DNA of 20,150 bases from Octopus sinensis (Eukaryota), in the NCBI RefSeq assembly GCF_006345805.1, contig NW_021824032.1, positions 1 through 20,150 on the forward strand. The letters are read 5' to 3'. The translations under genes and the position numbers were made by a program. How positions within the stretch are numbered: position 1 is the first letter of the stretch; each line of letters begins with the position of its first letter. The notes beneath the pieces are model-generated. The model was given only the letters and a program-made list of their open reading frames with translations. It was not told the DNA's origin and ran no database searches. Shown here piece after piece: positions 19,804 to 20,150 of the stretch.

Positions 19804-20150
19804 GATTATAGCGATGATGATGATGATGATGATGAGTGATGATGATGATGATGATGATGATGATTATAGCGATGATGATTGATGATGATTATAGGATATG
19901 ATGATGATGATGATGTGATGATGATGATGATGATGGTGATGATGATGGTGATGATGTGATGATGTTGATGATGATGATGATGATGATTGATGATGATGAT
20001 GATGTGATGATTATAGCGATGTGATGATGATGATGATGATGATGGTGATGATGATGGTGATGATGATGGTGATAATGATGATGATGATGATGTTGATGAT
20101 GATGATGATGATGATGGTGATGATGGTGATGGTGATGATGATGATGATGA
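19224..20150. repeat. Long (GAT)n array with recurring variant units, runs off window
   Basis: Direct reading; GGT/AAT/GTT variants and a tatagcg interruption recur. Confidence 0.97.

Noticed and set aside
19321-19839. 172-aa poly-Met ORF
   Set aside because: Translation of (ATG)n; no coding evidence.

Overview
AT-rich, non-genic eukaryotic DNA made almost entirely of microsatellites and nested transposon relics. The SINE families resemble those I recall from octopus (coleoid cephalopod) genomes; this is an inference, not a database match. No intact host gene is supported, and nearly all listed ORFs are translations of simple repeats. Three tRNA-derived SINE families (here A, B, C; about 19 copies or fragments) are present. 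The other relics are the 3' end of an RTE LINE, three R4/Dong-type LINE fragments in (TAA)n tracts, a decayed L1/Tx1-type LINE, and a DD34D mariner fragment. Main observations: (i) a 285-bp fold-back insertion with an exact 12-bp target duplication inside the Tx1-like LINE; (ii) the 3' end of that LINE matches the 3' tail of SINE B, a candidate SINE-LINE partnership; (iii) a ~490-bp inverted repeat that extends 87 bp beyond the SINEs into flanking DNA; (iv) a minimal hammerhead-like motif with a variant core. These fit known retroelement biology. I cannot support a wholly new biological system.
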